Assembly: GCA_030537735.1 (NCBI GenBank)
Contig: JAUNVG010000001.1
Span: forward strand, 238,160 to 302,159
DNA length: 64,000 nt
DNA from: Actinomycetaceae bacterium
Lineage (GTDB): Bacteria; Actinomycetota; Actinomycetes; Actinomycetales; Actinomycetaceae
Reading direction: 5' to 3'
Shown: positions 47,917 through 57,457 of the stretch, piece after piece
Layout of the letters: the number at the start of each line of letters is the position of its first letter
Position numbering within the stretch: the first letter of the stretch is position 1
Notes under the pieces: generated by a model
Database searches by the model: none
Seen by the model: the letters and a program-made list of their open reading frames with translations, nothing else
Told to the model about the DNA's origin: nothing
Made by a program: the position numbers and the translations under genes

Positions 47917-48963
47917 TTATTTCAAGTATTCGTTGGTCACGGTTTCATCGAGCTTAACGGGCGCCCCCATCAGCCCAGGCACAGTGGTGAGGAACTTGTC
48001 CATCTCTTCCCACAACTGCAGATCCTGAGTCACATCCGCTGTTCCGTTTGGCGCAATCAGCTTAGCGGTCGCATCTGCCGTGGCTTTCGCCGCCTGTCGA
48101 GCCTGGTCGGTAGACAGCGACGGGTCGCGTTTCTCCGTGGCTTTCACCGCCGCGTCAGTATCGTCAACGAAGGCTTGCATACCTTTTTGAATCGCCGCCA
48201 AAGCGGCGCGCACCTGCTGCGGATGGGTGCGAGCGTACTCCCCTGTGGTGACTATCGTGGCTCCCACCAGGGGAGTTTTATTCGCGGTCGTCAGCGGTAT
48301 TTGGCGGGCCTTAATGCCGGCTTGTTCCAGTTGCACCGCATCGTTGTTGACGAAACCAACGATGGCGTCCACCTGATCCGTTTGCAAGGCAGCCATCTGC
48401 GTATATCCAATCGCCATGACTTCGATATCGCTAGTTTCCATCTGCGCGTCTTTTAGGGCCGCCAACAGGCCGTACCAGTTGGATCCGAACTCTCCGGGAA
48501 GCCCAACTTTTTTGCCTTTCAAATCCGCAATGGTTTTAATGTCGGACTCATCTTTGACGATGACAACTACCGGGTAAGAGGCGTAGTACTGCCCCACCGA
48601 CACCAGGTCCATGCCCTGGGAGCGCGCCTGAATCATTTCGTCTCCGGTGGCGACCACCAGGTTTTCTTTGCCCGCCAGCAGTTGCGTGAACAGCCCTTCA
48701 TCCGCCCCGTGGTGCCGGATGGTGGCGTTTACTCCTTCAGCTTGGAAGAACTGGTTATCTTCCGCCAGGTAGGTGGGGGCGAACTGTACGTTCGGTATGT
48801 AGGTCAATCCCACGGTTACGTCATTGCTGTCTGCGTCTTCACTGGGAGCGCCCGAGTTGTTCGTCTGCGGTTGTACCGAGGACGTGCATGCGGTTAGGGC
48901 CATAGTGGCAGCAATGACGGTGGCCAGTATGCCCCGTCGTGACCATATTGAGGGGGTGGACAT
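47917..48963 (-). CDS. NMT1/THI5-like (ThiY/RibY-type) ABC substrate-binding lipoprotein
   Basis: Lipobox MALTAC. NitT/TauT-type SBP sequence (VGLTYIPNVQFAP). Under an FMN riboswitch. Start set at ATG 48963 behind GGAAGGAAA. Confidence 0.7.
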   Translation of the reverse strand: MSTPSIWSRRGILATVIAATMALTACTSSVQPQTNNSGAPSEDADSNDVTVGLTYIPNVQFAPTYLAEDNQFFQAEGVNATIRHHGADEGLFTQLLAGKENLVVATGDEMIQARSQGMDLVSVGQYYASYPVVVIVKDESDIKTIADLKGKKVGLPGEFGSNWYGLLAALKDAQMETSDIEVMAIGYTQMAALQTDQVDAIVGFVNNDAVQLEQAGIKARQIPLTTANKTPLVGATIVTTGEYARTHPQQVRAALAAIQKGMQAFVDDTDAAVKATEKRDPSLSTDQARQAAKATADATAKLIAPNGTADVTQDLQLWEEMDKFLTTVPGLMGAPVKLDETVTNEYLK

Positions 48964-49004
48964 GAGTTTCCTTCCGTTGGTTTTTACAAGGGGTTGCAGT
49001 CGTA

Positions 49005-49835
49005 TCAGTATTGGCGTACCCACCACCGCTCAAACAGGTATAAAGCGGTGTAGATAGTCATCGCTAAGACGCACAGTAAAGTGATGGTGACGAACATGCC
49101 GGTGGTGTCAACGGCGTGCCGCTGGGCGGTAAGCACCGTACCTAGGCCGGTACCACCCATCACCATTTCGCCCACTACTGCACCGGTAATGGAAAGCGTA
49201 AAACCATTGCGCAAGCCGGTGGTTATGGCATGTAGCGCCAGTGGGCCTTCGATACTTAACAGCAGGCGTAAACCGTGGGCCCCATCAAGGTTGGCTGCTT
49301 CCAGCACGTTGACGTCAAGTTGTCTCAAGCCCAGCGTGGCTCCAAGCAGAATCGGGAAAAACACCATCAGCGCACACAGCGCCACGATGGCGGCAGTGCC
49401 GTATCCAATCCATAGCACCAGCAGTGGAGCTAGCGCGATAGCCGGTATCGCTTGAGTGGCACCCAAGAAGGGCTCAATCGCAGCTGCAACTACTTTCGAG
49501 CGGTATATCAAGTAGGCCAACGGCAGGGCTATAGCTGCACCCACCAAACAGCCCAGTGCGGCTTCATAGGTGGTCCACGCAAAGGCGGTCCAGGTCTGGG
49601 AGCGCCAGATCTCTAGCAGCAGCCGGGAGGCGAACTGCGCCGGTGAGGGAAGCACCCACTGCGGTAGGGACTGGGTTTGAGTGGCAAGATGCCAAGCACT
49701 CACCGCTAGCAGAGCAAGCACGGCGGGAGCGGTGACGTTCATTACCGGAGACGACTTTGCCCGGCGGCGTCGCGCATAGTGCGACGAAGATGGTCTACCT
49801 ACCCGGTAATCGGCAACCGGATGAGGCTGTGCCAT
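49005..49835 (-). CDS. ABC transporter permease (ThiX/RibX-type, NitT/TauT family)
   Basis: 6-TM binding-protein-dependent permease. First gene after the FMN riboswitch. Confidence 0.75.
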   Translation of the reverse strand: MAQPHPVADYRVGRPSSSHYARRRRAKSSPVMNVTAPAVLALLAVSAWHLATQTQSLPQWVLPSPAQFASRLLLEIWRSQTWTAFAWTTYEAALGCLVGAAIALPLAYLIYRSKVVAAAIEPFLGATQAIPAIALAPLLVLWIGYGTAAIVALCALMVFFPILLGATLGLRQLDVNVLEAANLDGAHGLRLLLSIEGPLALHAITTGLRNGFTLSITGAVVGEMVMGGTGLGTVLTAQRHAVDTTGMFVTITLLCVLAMTIYTALYLFERWWVRQY

Positions 49836-49838
49836 AGT

Positions 49839-49874
49839 AAAACCCCCGTCTACTGCTGTCTAGCGCACCGGGGG
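49839..49874 (-). terminator. Riboswitch expression-platform hairpin (terminator / Shine-Dalgarno sequestor)
   Basis: On the minus strand, CCCCCG-20 nt-CGGGGG-TTTTACT-ATG. The 3' arm overlaps the only purine-rich Shine-Dalgarno candidate of the permease gene. Confidence 0.5.
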
Positions 49875-49964
49875 TGGTTAGGTGTCAGAGCCAATGCTTG
49901 CTCAGATACTTCGCGTTCAATGTCGCAATGCTTTTAGAACGCTAAGCACGCTGCCGCAGTGGCC

Positions 49965-50080
49965 TGTTGCTCCTCCCATCCGGACTTTAACCGTCGGTAC
50001 CGGAATTTCACCGGTTCAACCGCTTGCGCGGGTCGCGGACTATAACCGCCGGTTCGGAGTTTCACCGACCCCGGAGCTTT
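49965..50080 (-). promoter_or_regulatory. FMN riboswitch (RFN element)
   Basis: The minus strand reads GCUCCGGGGUCGGUGAAACUCCGAACCGGCGGUUAUAGUCCGCGACCCG...GAACCGGUGAAAUUCCGGUACCGACGGUUAAAGUCCGGAUGGGAGGAGC. This matches the conserved RFN core of the B. subtilis ribD leader almost block for block, with a closing P1 helix GCUCC/GGAGC. Confidence 0.85.
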
Positions 50081-50131
50081 TTCTCTTCTTCACCCTACCC
50101 TATCTTGAGCTGTCTTGGGTGATTTGTACGC

Positions 50132-50800
50132 TCAGTGTGCACACATGGCCGCTTTCGCAGCCGCTCGCAACGCCTCCACCTCACTGTAGGCATCTTCACT
50201 GCGGTAAACCGCGGAACCAGCCACGAACACGTCGGCCCCTGCTTCTGCCGCCAAGGTAATGGTCTGGCGGGAAACACCACCATCAACTTGAATCGCCAGC
50301 TCCAGGTCGCGCCTGTCAGCAGCCGCACGCACGCGCCGGATCTTTTCCAGTTGCGACTCTAAGAAAGGCTGCCCCCCGAAGCCGGGTTCCACCGTCATCA
50401 CTAGGATCATGTCGAAGGCATCTAGCACATCGAGGTAGTCGTGAATATCGGTAGTTGGTTTCAGTCCCAACCCCACCTTTGCACCCAGGCGCCGGATTTC
50501 GCGAGCTATACGCAAGGGGGCGCCAGCGGCCTCGGCGTGGAAGGTAACCGACGCGGCCCCGGCCTCGGCGTACTGGGGAGCCCACCTATCAGGGTCGTTA
50601 ATCATCAAATGGCAATCTAGAGGCAAGATATTTTTCGCAATCAGCGCCTCCACCACCGGCAACCCCCAGGTGAGGTTGGGTACGAAGTGGTTGTCCATAA
50701 CGTCGACGTGGGCGAAATCGGCATTGCGAATCTTATGCATCTCACCGACTAGGTCTGCCACGTCGCAGTTCAGGATCGACGGACTGATGGTGGGTTCCAC
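50132..50800 (-). CDS. rpe: Ribulose-phosphate 3-epimerase
   Basis: Motifs [22 protein letters not shown] and [13 protein letters not shown] start behind GGAGGAA. Confidence 0.9.
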   Translation of the reverse strand: MEPTISPSILNCDVADLVGEMHKIRNADFAHVDVMDNHFVPNLTWGLPVVEALIAKNILPLDCHLMINDPDRWAPQYAEAGAASVTFHAEAAGAPLRIAREIRRLGAKVGLGLKPTTDIHDYLDVLDAFDMILVMTVEPGFGGQPFLESQLEKIRRVRAAADRRDLELAIQVDGGVSRQTITLAAEAGADVFVAGSAVYRSEDAYSEVEALRAAAKAAMCAH

Positions 50801-50808
50801 GGTTCCTC

Positions 50809-52227
50809 CTAAGATTTCTTACGCATTAGGCTTAAAAACATGGCGTCGGTGCCATGTAGGTGTGGCCACATTTGTACCACATTGCCCTGCCCTACCGGGG
50901 TGCCTTCGACCTCGATGGGGTTCATAGCTACCTCATCTAGTAGCTGCGCAGCTGGCAATACTTCCAAATCCGGCAGTCCCTGTAGTTTCTGCACTTGCGC
51001 CAGGGTTTCTTCCACGTGCGGGGTACACGTTACGTACGCCAGTACACCCCCGGGAGCAAGGGCTTTCCAAGCGGAGCTAAGTAACTGGCTTTGCAGTTTC
51101 ACCAGCCCCGGTACGTCCTTAGCTTCGTGTCGCCACCGTGATTCCGGTCGCCTACGTAGCGATCCCAATCCGGAACAGGGGGCATCAAGAAGGATCCGAT
51201 CGAAGTGGTTTTCCCCCCCTAGCTCGCGACCGTCACCAACTTGCACGCTCACTCGGTCCAGTCCAGCCACGGTTTGTTCAACCAGCCGGGCGCGGTGGGG
51301 TGCGACTTCATTAGCCAGTAGTTGCGCGCCGCGTGCCTGTGCGAAGGCCCCCAGTAGGCCGGCTTTGCCTCCCGGGCCGGCGCACATGTCGAGCCAACGG
51401 CGGTCGATGCCATCGACCGGCACGTTCGCGAGTGCGGTGGTCACAAGTTGTGAGGCTTCGTCCTGCACGGCTGCTCGCCCATCGCGGATGGCGTTCAATC
51501 TTCCCGGGTCACCACCGCTGAGGATTACTGACCATTCGGAGAAATCTCCGGGCCGGGCAGTGGTGTGGAGGAAATATTCAGCGTCGTCTGCAAGGTCGGC
51601 GGGCAGAATCATTCCCGGTCGCGCACACAGGCTCACTTCAGGGTTGACGTTATTGGCAGCCAGTAGTTCTTCCAACTCCCGCGGGTCACGCCCGTGGGCC
51701 GACAGGGCGGCGGCAAATGCCCGCACGATCCACTGCGGGTGGGAGAACTCCACGCTAACGCGCTCAGCGTCCCTTTCGATGGCGTGAATCTTCTGTTCCC
51801 AATATTCGACGCCTTTTTCCACTAGGGAACGCGCCGTACCGTTGACGAATTTTTCTGCCCCGCGTTCGCAGTAGAGCTTAGCTAGCTCCACCCCTTCAGC
51901 TACCGCCGCGTGGTTGGGTACCCGCAGGTGCAGCAGCTGGTGGGCGGTAAGACGCAAGATCACTCTCACACTGGTGTCTAGGCGATGCAACGGGCGGTTA
52001 ACTAAGTGCCCTAGTACCCAGTCGATCCGCCCCTGGTTACGCAAGGTTCCATAGGTCAGTTCAGTGGCGAAGGCCGCGTCACGACGGTCAAGCCGGGCCC
52101 GCCAAATGGCACTGGGCAAGATGAGGTTGGCGTAAGCATCGTCGTCTTCAACGCGCACCAGGGTTTCGAAAGCTACCGTGCGCGCTGGCGATACTCGCCC
52201 ACGTCGCCGATTTGGAGCGGGTGTCAT
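50809..52227 (-). CDS. rsmB: 16S rRNA (cytosine967-C5)-methyltransferase RsmB/Sun
   Basis: NusB-like N-terminal domain, SAM motif [11 protein letters not shown], and catalytic [15 protein letters not shown]. Confidence 0.85.
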   Translation of the reverse strand: MTPAPNRRRGRVSPARTVAFETLVRVEDDDAYANLILPSAIWRARLDRRDAAFATELTYGTLRNQGRIDWVLGHLVNRPLHRLDTSVRVILRLTAHQLLHLRVPNHAAVAEGVELAKLYCERGAEKFVNGTARSLVEKGVEYWEQKIHAIERDAERVSVEFSHPQWIVRAFAAALSAHGRDPRELEELLAANNVNPEVSLCARPGMILPADLADDAEYFLHTTARPGDFSEWSVILSGGDPGRLNAIRDGRAAVQDEASQLVTTALANVPVDGIDRRWLDMCAGPGGKAGLLGAFAQARGAQLLANEVAPHRARLVEQTVAGLDRVSVQVGDGRELGGENHFDRILLDAPCSGLGSLRRRPESRWRHEAKDVPGLVKLQSQLLSSAWKALAPGGVLAYVTCTPHVEETLAQVQKLQGLPDLEVLPAAQLLDEVAMNPIEVEGTPVGQGNVVQMWPHLHGTDAMFLSLMRKKS

Positions 52228-52259
52228 CTGTGGTTATTCCTTCTTCTAACGCGGTTACG

Positions 52260-53213
52260 CTACTCTTTGCTGTCTGCTTGCGGCTCGGTGGTGAAGATCT
52301 TTTCGCCCTCCCCGATGCGCGCTCCTCTAGCCCAATCGGCTGCTGCCATTTTCGACTTACCGGCAGGAGCTAAAGTGAGCAGTTCCAGGTCGCCTTCACC
52401 GGTACCCATAAAAACTTGTTTCTTGGTGGCGCGCAGTTGGCCCGGTTTAAGCTCCTTGGTGGCAGCGGGCTTAGTGGCAAGTATTTTCATGCGTTGTTGC
52501 CCATCCCAAAGGTATGCGCCAGGCTGCGGGCTGCGGGCGCGCACAAAGTTATGGATGACCGTGGCCGGGGCATGTACGTCAATGACTAGTTCTTCACGAG
52601 TGATTTTCGGGGCAATCGTCACCCCCTGTTCGGGTTGCGGCTGCGGATTAGCGGTTCCCGCCTCAATGGAGGACACCACGTCTACTAGCTGGCGGGCTCC
52701 GATTTCGGATAGCTCTTGCAGCAGGGTTCCAGCGTCGACGTCGGGTTCTATAGAGCGGATGCGGGTGTCGTAGATGGGGCCGGTGTCTAGCCCAGTTTCC
52801 AGTTGGAACACGGTGGTGGCGGTGGTTTCATCTGCGGCTTCAATCGCCCGTTGTACCGGGGCCGCGCCGCGCCAGCGAGGCAGCGCAGAAAAGTGCAGGT
52901 TGATGAAACCGTATTCGAAGGCTGCCAGCAGGCTTTCTGGTATGAGCGCCCCGTAGGCTACTACCACTCCCAGCTGGGCGCCACTGTCAATGAGTTGGCG
53001 CTGGATTTCTTCAGCGCGCAGGTTGTCTGCTTGCCAGGTTGGCAGGTTATGTTCTTCTGCCCATTTGCCCACGGCCGATGGAATTAGTTTGCGGCTGCGT
53101 CCACGCGCAGCCGGAGGGCGCGTGAGGACTCCTACTATTTCGTGTTCACTTTCAAGTAGTGCTTGAAACGGTTTCAGCGCAACGTCGGGGGTTCCTACTA
53201 GCAGTATCTTCAC
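52260..53213 (-). CDS. fmt: Methionyl-tRNA formyltransferase
   Basis: MKILLVGTP start and INLHFSALPRWRGAAPVQRAI motif. Confidence 0.9.
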   Translation of the reverse strand: MKILLVGTPDVALKPFQALLESEHEIVGVLTRPPAARGRSRKLIPSAVGKWAEEHNLPTWQADNLRAEEIQRQLIDSGAQLGVVVAYGALIPESLLAAFEYGFINLHFSALPRWRGAAPVQRAIEAADETTATTVFQLETGLDTGPIYDTRIRSIEPDVDAGTLLQELSEIGARQLVDVVSSIEAGTANPQPQPEQGVTIAPKITREELVIDVHAPATVIHNFVRARSPQPGAYLWDGQQRMKILATKPAATKELKPGQLRATKKQVFMGTGEGDLELLTLAPAGKSKMAAADWARGARIGEGEKIFTTEPQADSKE

Positions 53214-53866
53214 GGGGCTAGTCTACCGCTTTGTAGCCCTTTACTTACTTTCCTCACCTGGTCTGGTCCCAGTAGGCCGCGGCTGGCTAGTTCTTGTGCG
53301 AGTTGCTCAGCGTCAATGAACCTGATGCCTTCCATGCCAACTGCTTGTGCTGCGGCTATGTTGTCTTCCCTGTCATCGACCATAATCATGTCTTTTAGTG
53401 GGGTGTGGAAACGCTTCTGCGCAAGCTCAAAAATGGCTCTGTCCGGTTTCGCTATCCCTTCGTAGCCGGAAACTATGCGCGGACCCAGATCTTCAATAAA
53501 CGGATGGGCGGCGAGGGTGTGTTGGAAAAGCTCCACTCCCCAGTTGGACAGGACCGCGGTTTTCACCCGATTGGCATGCAGCTGTGAGATTAGCGTGCGC
53601 ATCCCGGGTACCACGCCGGTTAGGGACAGTCGATAGTTGCGGAAGAACCTTTCCCAAATGGCGATGTCGCCGCGGTGACGATCCTTTACGTATCGCATCA
53701 CTTCGCTGACGGAGCGGCCGCGGTCGAGGGCTTCGTTCAACTGCCAAAACTCGCTGCGCTCGGTGAAGTCTTCCCATTCTTTTTCGTTCAAGTGACCACT
53801 TTGGGTGGCAGCGGAATCTGAGAGGACAATGACTTGCCCCAGGTCGAATACTACGCGTTTACTCAT
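53210..53866 (-). CDS. HAD-superfamily hydrolase
   Basis: Motif I-like VFDLGQV, LSNW (motif II-like) and MVDDREDN (motif IV-like). Confidence 0.6.
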   Translation of the reverse strand: MSKRVVFDLGQVIVLSDSAATQSGHLNEKEWEDFTERSEFWQLNEALDRGRSVSEVMRYVKDRHRGDIAIWERFFRNYRLSLTGVVPGMRTLISQLHANRVKTAVLSNWGVELFQHTLAAHPFIEDLGPRIVSGYEGIAKPDRAIFELAQKRFHTPLKDMIMVDDREDNIAAAQAVGMEGIRFIDAEQLAQELASRGLLGPDQVRKVSKGLQSGRLAP

Positions 53867-53901
53867 TTTTTCGCCCGTTGTTTAGATGTGAATGTCCTGC
53901 G

Positions 53902-56163
53902 TCAGATCAACGCCGGTGGGTTTAGTCGCAAGGTTACAGTTCCTTGCCTCTTCGCGCTGCGGGTTTGCTGTAGTTGCCACAGTTCTTTCATCAAGTCGGT
54001 CACTTCCGGGTTGGGGGTGCGTATGAGGGCGCGGGTGGGATTGGGGTACATGTGCTTAGGTATGTCCCTTCCGTGGAGGGAGAGCACCCCAATGAGTTGC
54101 GCACTGCGCGGTAGCGGTATTTGCGCGATGAAGTCTTCGACGCTGTCTTTGTTTCCTTCCACTGCGATCATGGTGGAGGCGGGGTAGAAGTTTAGTTCGT
54201 GACGTTCCTCTAAGAGTCGTTGACCGTATCCCAGTGGGTCGCGTCTTACCAGAGCCTGGGCGAGGACGGTGTCTTCCAATCCCACGATCAGGAGTTTGCC
54301 TTGGGGGTGAACCAGGCTGTGTACCCGCATCCACCGTCGCAGTGCTTCTTCGGGGGCCCATAGTTCTGGCCGGCCCACAATGGCAGTGGGGTCGGTTACG
54401 ACTGCCAGCTGGAATCCGCCGGTGGTGATGGGTTCGGACCCGGGGGTAGCCACCACTATTTGGGTATCGGGTTCCACCGCGGTTTTAATGCCACTTTCTG
54501 CGTCAGATATGACTACCCTGGTTTCGGGGAAGGCACGTTTGAGGTCTTCCCCGGTGCGGGTGGAACCGACCCGGCGAGTTGTCCAGGTGGTGTTTGCGCA
54601 CTCTTGACACTTCCAGTGTTCGATCTTGGCGGCGCACCAAGAGCATAAAAGCTCCCCGTGCTGAGTCGCCCGTAAAGGCCCGGTGCAAGCTTGGCAGCGT
54701 GCCGCTTGCCGGCATTGGCTACAACTAATCAGCGAGCTCCACCCCCGGTGAGGTACGTGGATTAGCACCTGCCCGTGTTGGTCTACAACTTTACGAATCT
54801 GGCTTTGTACCTGCGCCGGGAGGCTGCCTTTACCGGCGTTGCCGTATCGTTGCCGCTCCATGTGGTCGAAGATCTCCACGGTTGCAGTTTGGCGTTGCAT
54901 TTGTATGCGATCTGGGACCAGTGGTTGAGCCCACGCGGTTGCGACTAAACCAAGCTGGGCTACTGTCATGGAAGGGCCGAGGACGGTGAGGGAGACTTCT
55001 TGAATATGGGAGCGTCTGGTGGCGACATCTAGCGCATTCCAATACGGAGTTTGAGGCTCCCACATGCGGTCATCACCGGGATCCGCTAACACGATGGTGG
55101 TGAGATTCTCTAAGGGGGCTAGCACCACTGAACGAGTGCCTATGAGTACGCGCGTTTGTGCGCTGCGTTGCTTGAGGAAGGAATCCCAACGTTTCGCGGG
55201 TTTATCTTCGGGTAAGTGAGTGTCTATTTCGGCAGCCGATACTACTTGGCGTTCAACCAACTGAAGCATTTGCCTATAGGTTGCTTCGACTTCGCTGGAG
55301 GTCGGTACAACTACGATCACGCTCCCGCCACCGCTAACGGCGGCGCTAACGATGTCAGTCAGTGCGCTTTGACGCTCTCCCCACGCCGGGTACATACCGG
55401 GCATCGTGAGGCACATTATTCTTTGGGGCTGGGTTCCTTTTTCCAGGTTCGCGAAAACGGTCGATGCTGCCCGGTAGGCTTCCCAGGTGGGCGCGTGCGC
55501 TGCGGGCGTTGCTTCCCGGTCAACTTCCGGTTTAGGCTCAGCGGACTTTTCCCAAGTTATCGAACTTCCCTTATTAGCGGTAATGAACTTCTTCTCCGCC
55601 CCCGCGTGTCGGGCCGGAAGCATAGTTTTAAGGAAAGTAACCCGGCTTACCGCATACCGGGTGGCAAGTTGAGTGGCCAACACAAGCATCTGTTTACTCA
55701 CCACCGGAAACGGACTTATTACCCGCTGAATGGAGGCGAGTTTGCCTTTAAAATCACTGTGGTTGACCGTTTCCACCACCCACGCATTGGTGAGGCGCCC
55801 GGCGAATCGCACTCGCACCATCATGCCGGGCTCAAGGGGCTGTAGTTCGGGGGGAACCTGGTAGTCGAACAGGCGGTCTAAGTGCGGTAGTTCGCTGTCA
55901 ACAATGACTCTGGCTACCCGGCTTGGCGTTCGCTGGCTGTCAGCCGCGCCCTGCGCACGACGGTGGGAAGACTGGGCCAAAGACGGCGAGAAATCAGCCG
56001 GCGTCTTACCTTGGGGCTTGAAGCTGGTGCTTTGCCCGGACGCCACAGGGCTTGAGTTGGAGCGCTCCGGCAGCGGGTGGCCGCCGACTTCCTCCCAGGA
56101 CAGGAGAGCATCATCGTCCGCTTCGCGGGCCTTGCCTCCTTCCCGGATACCAGTCACTGTCAA
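53902..56163 (-). CDS. priA: Primosomal protein N' (PriA) homolog with degenerate ATPase motifs
   Basis: N-terminal 3'-DNA-binding-like region (RLFDYQVP...GMMVRVRF), Cys-rich zinc region CSQC..C..C...C..C...C..C, and a C-terminal domain. The start and the roughly 85-aa N-terminal extension are uncertain. Confidence 0.75.
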   Translation of the reverse strand: MTVTGIREGGKAREADDDALLSWEEVGGHPLPERSNSSPVASGQSTSFKPQGKTPADFSPSLAQSSHRRAQGAADSQRTPSRVARVIVDSELPHLDRLFDYQVPPELQPLEPGMMVRVRFAGRLTNAWVVETVNHSDFKGKLASIQRVISPFPVVSKQMLVLATQLATRYAVSRVTFLKTMLPARHAGAEKKFITANKGSSITWEKSAEPKPEVDREATPAAHAPTWEAYRAASTVFANLEKGTQPQRIMCLTMPGMYPAWGERQSALTDIVSAAVSGGGSVIVVVPTSSEVEATYRQMLQLVERQVVSAAEIDTHLPEDKPAKRWDSFLKQRSAQTRVLIGTRSVVLAPLENLTTIVLADPGDDRMWEPQTPYWNALDVATRRSHIQEVSLTVLGPSMTVAQLGLVATAWAQPLVPDRIQMQRQTATVEIFDHMERQRYGNAGKGSLPAQVQSQIRKVVDQHGQVLIHVPHRGWSSLISCSQCRQAARCQACTGPLRATQHGELLCSWCAAKIEHWKCQECANTTWTTRRVGSTRTGEDLKRAFPETRVVISDAESGIKTAVEPDTQIVVATPGSEPITTGGFQLAVVTDPTAIVGRPELWAPEEALRRWMRVHSLVHPQGKLLIVGLEDTVLAQALVRRDPLGYGQRLLEERHELNFYPASTMIAVEGNKDSVEDFIAQIPLPRSAQLIGVLSLHGRDIPKHMYPNPTRALIRTPNPEVTDLMKELWQLQQTRSAKRQGTVTLRLNPPALI

Positions 56164-57344
56164 TCCCCTACTGCGCCCTGCAGGTCCTCAACCAGGTCGA
56201 GGTTTTCCCACGTGAAACCGGGACGACCAAAGTGGCCGTATGCGGCAGTGGGAGCAAACCCCGGTTCAGTGAGCCGCAACCGGTCGATGATGGCGCGTGG
56301 GCGTAAGTCAACCACCTGGCGCACTGCTGCCAGCAATCTGTCCTCCGGCACCGTGGCGGTGCCGTAAGTGTTTATCCACAGTCCCACCGGCTCTGCCCGG
56401 CCGATGGCGTAGGCCACCTGCAGTTCGCACTGCTTAGCCAGACCCGCAGCCACCAGGTTCTTCGCCACCCACCTCATCGCGTAAGAGGCGGACCGGTCCA
56501 CCTTAGTGGCGTCCTTACCGGAGAACGCTCCCCCACCGTGACGGGCAAACCCACCGTAAGTGTCGACGATGATTTTGCGCCCCGTCAACCCGGTGTCAGC
56601 GCTCGGCCCGCCGTGGACGAACCGTCCCGAAGGGTTGATTAGCAGCTGCACGTCCTCCCCCGCCAGGTGATAGTGCTCCAGCACCGGCGCAACCACCTCA
56701 CGTTCCACTATGGAACGGATCTGCGGCAGTTCCAGCTGCGGTGCATGCTGGGTGGATACCACCACGGTGTCCAAGCGTTTTGCTACCCCGTTTTCGTACT
56801 GCACAGTCACCTGGGTTTTCCCGTCGGGACGCAGTTGCGACTCGCTGTTGCAGCGCACGTCCTCAAGCTTTTGTGCCAAACTGTGCGCCAACGCAATGGG
56901 CAGGGGCATTAGCTGGGCCGTTTCATCGCAGGCGTAGCCGAACATGATTCCCTGATCGCCAGCGCCCTGAGCGGAGATCAGATCTTCACTGCCGAGCTCA
57001 CGGGCTTCGAAAGAACGATCCACGCTCTGGGCAATGTCGTTTGACTGCTGATCCAAAATGGAGCTAACTTCCAAGGTCTCACTACAAAACCCGGTATCAG
57101 CTTCGTTGTAACCAATATCGGCCACCGCGGCGCGAACCAGTTCCTCCACCGGGAGCTCATCCACGCCTGAGACTTCCCCCGCTACGATCACGCGGTTGGT
57201 GGTGACCATGGTTTCGATGGCGGCTCTCACCTGCGGGTTAGCTTTAAGGGCAGCGTCTAAAAGCGTGTCAGAAATGCGGTCAGCAACCTTATCGGGGTGA
57301 CCTGCCGTTACCGATTCGGAGGTAAATAGTTGACAGTTTTTCAC
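56160..57344 (-). CDS. metK: S-adenosylmethionine synthase
   Basis: Motifs GHPDKVADRISD, GAGDQGIMFGYA and GGGAFSGKDATKVDRS. Confidence 0.95.
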   Translation of the reverse strand: MKNCQLFTSESVTAGHPDKVADRISDTLLDAALKANPQVRAAIETMVTTNRVIVAGEVSGVDELPVEELVRAAVADIGYNEADTGFCSETLEVSSILDQQSNDIAQSVDRSFEARELGSEDLISAQGAGDQGIMFGYACDETAQLMPLPIALAHSLAQKLEDVRCNSESQLRPDGKTQVTVQYENGVAKRLDTVVVSTQHAPQLELPQIRSIVEREVVAPVLEHYHLAGEDVQLLINPSGRFVHGGPSADTGLTGRKIIVDTYGGFARHGGGAFSGKDATKVDRSASYAMRWVAKNLVAAGLAKQCELQVAYAIGRAEPVGLWINTYGTATVPEDRLLAAVRQVVDLRPRAIIDRLRLTEPGFAPTAAYGHFGRPGFTWENLDLVEDLQGAVGD

Positions 57345-57457
57345 GTTAACAGCCTTTCGCAGTTAGAGCCGCGGGATTGCCCCTAACTCTTTACTTGCTA
57401 TCGATTATAAAGTCGGGTACGGACACTGCGTTTGCCACCGCAGGTGAGCGCTAGGAG

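Noticed and set aside
49836-50131. TPP (thiamine) riboswitch expected upstream of a THI5/NMT1-like binding-protein operon.
   Set aside because: The leader lacks the CUGAGA...ACCUGAUCUGGAUAAUGCCAGCG core. It matches the FMN (RFN) consensus block for block instead.
50840-51787. Long antisense ORFs. Examples are a 315-aa ORF opposite rsmB, 4032..4640 opposite tyrA, 28575..29171 opposite the MerR gene, 20627..21289 inside the permease gene, and 12155..12817 across tRNA-Pro.
   Set aside because: Their compositions are Arg/Ser/Pro/Ala-rich and they have no recognisable motifs. Each lies opposite a gene with strong homology signatures. This is typical of open antisense frames in high-GC DNA.
57345-57457. 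SAM-responsive riboswitch in the metK leader. A TATAAT on the minus strand lies at 57404-57409, and an AGTTAG...CTAACT hairpin lies before the Shine-Dalgarno sequence.
   Set aside because: The leader is too short and I cannot match it to SAM-I/II/IV/VI cores from memory. It is only an ordinary promoter plus a small hairpin until a cmscan says otherwise.
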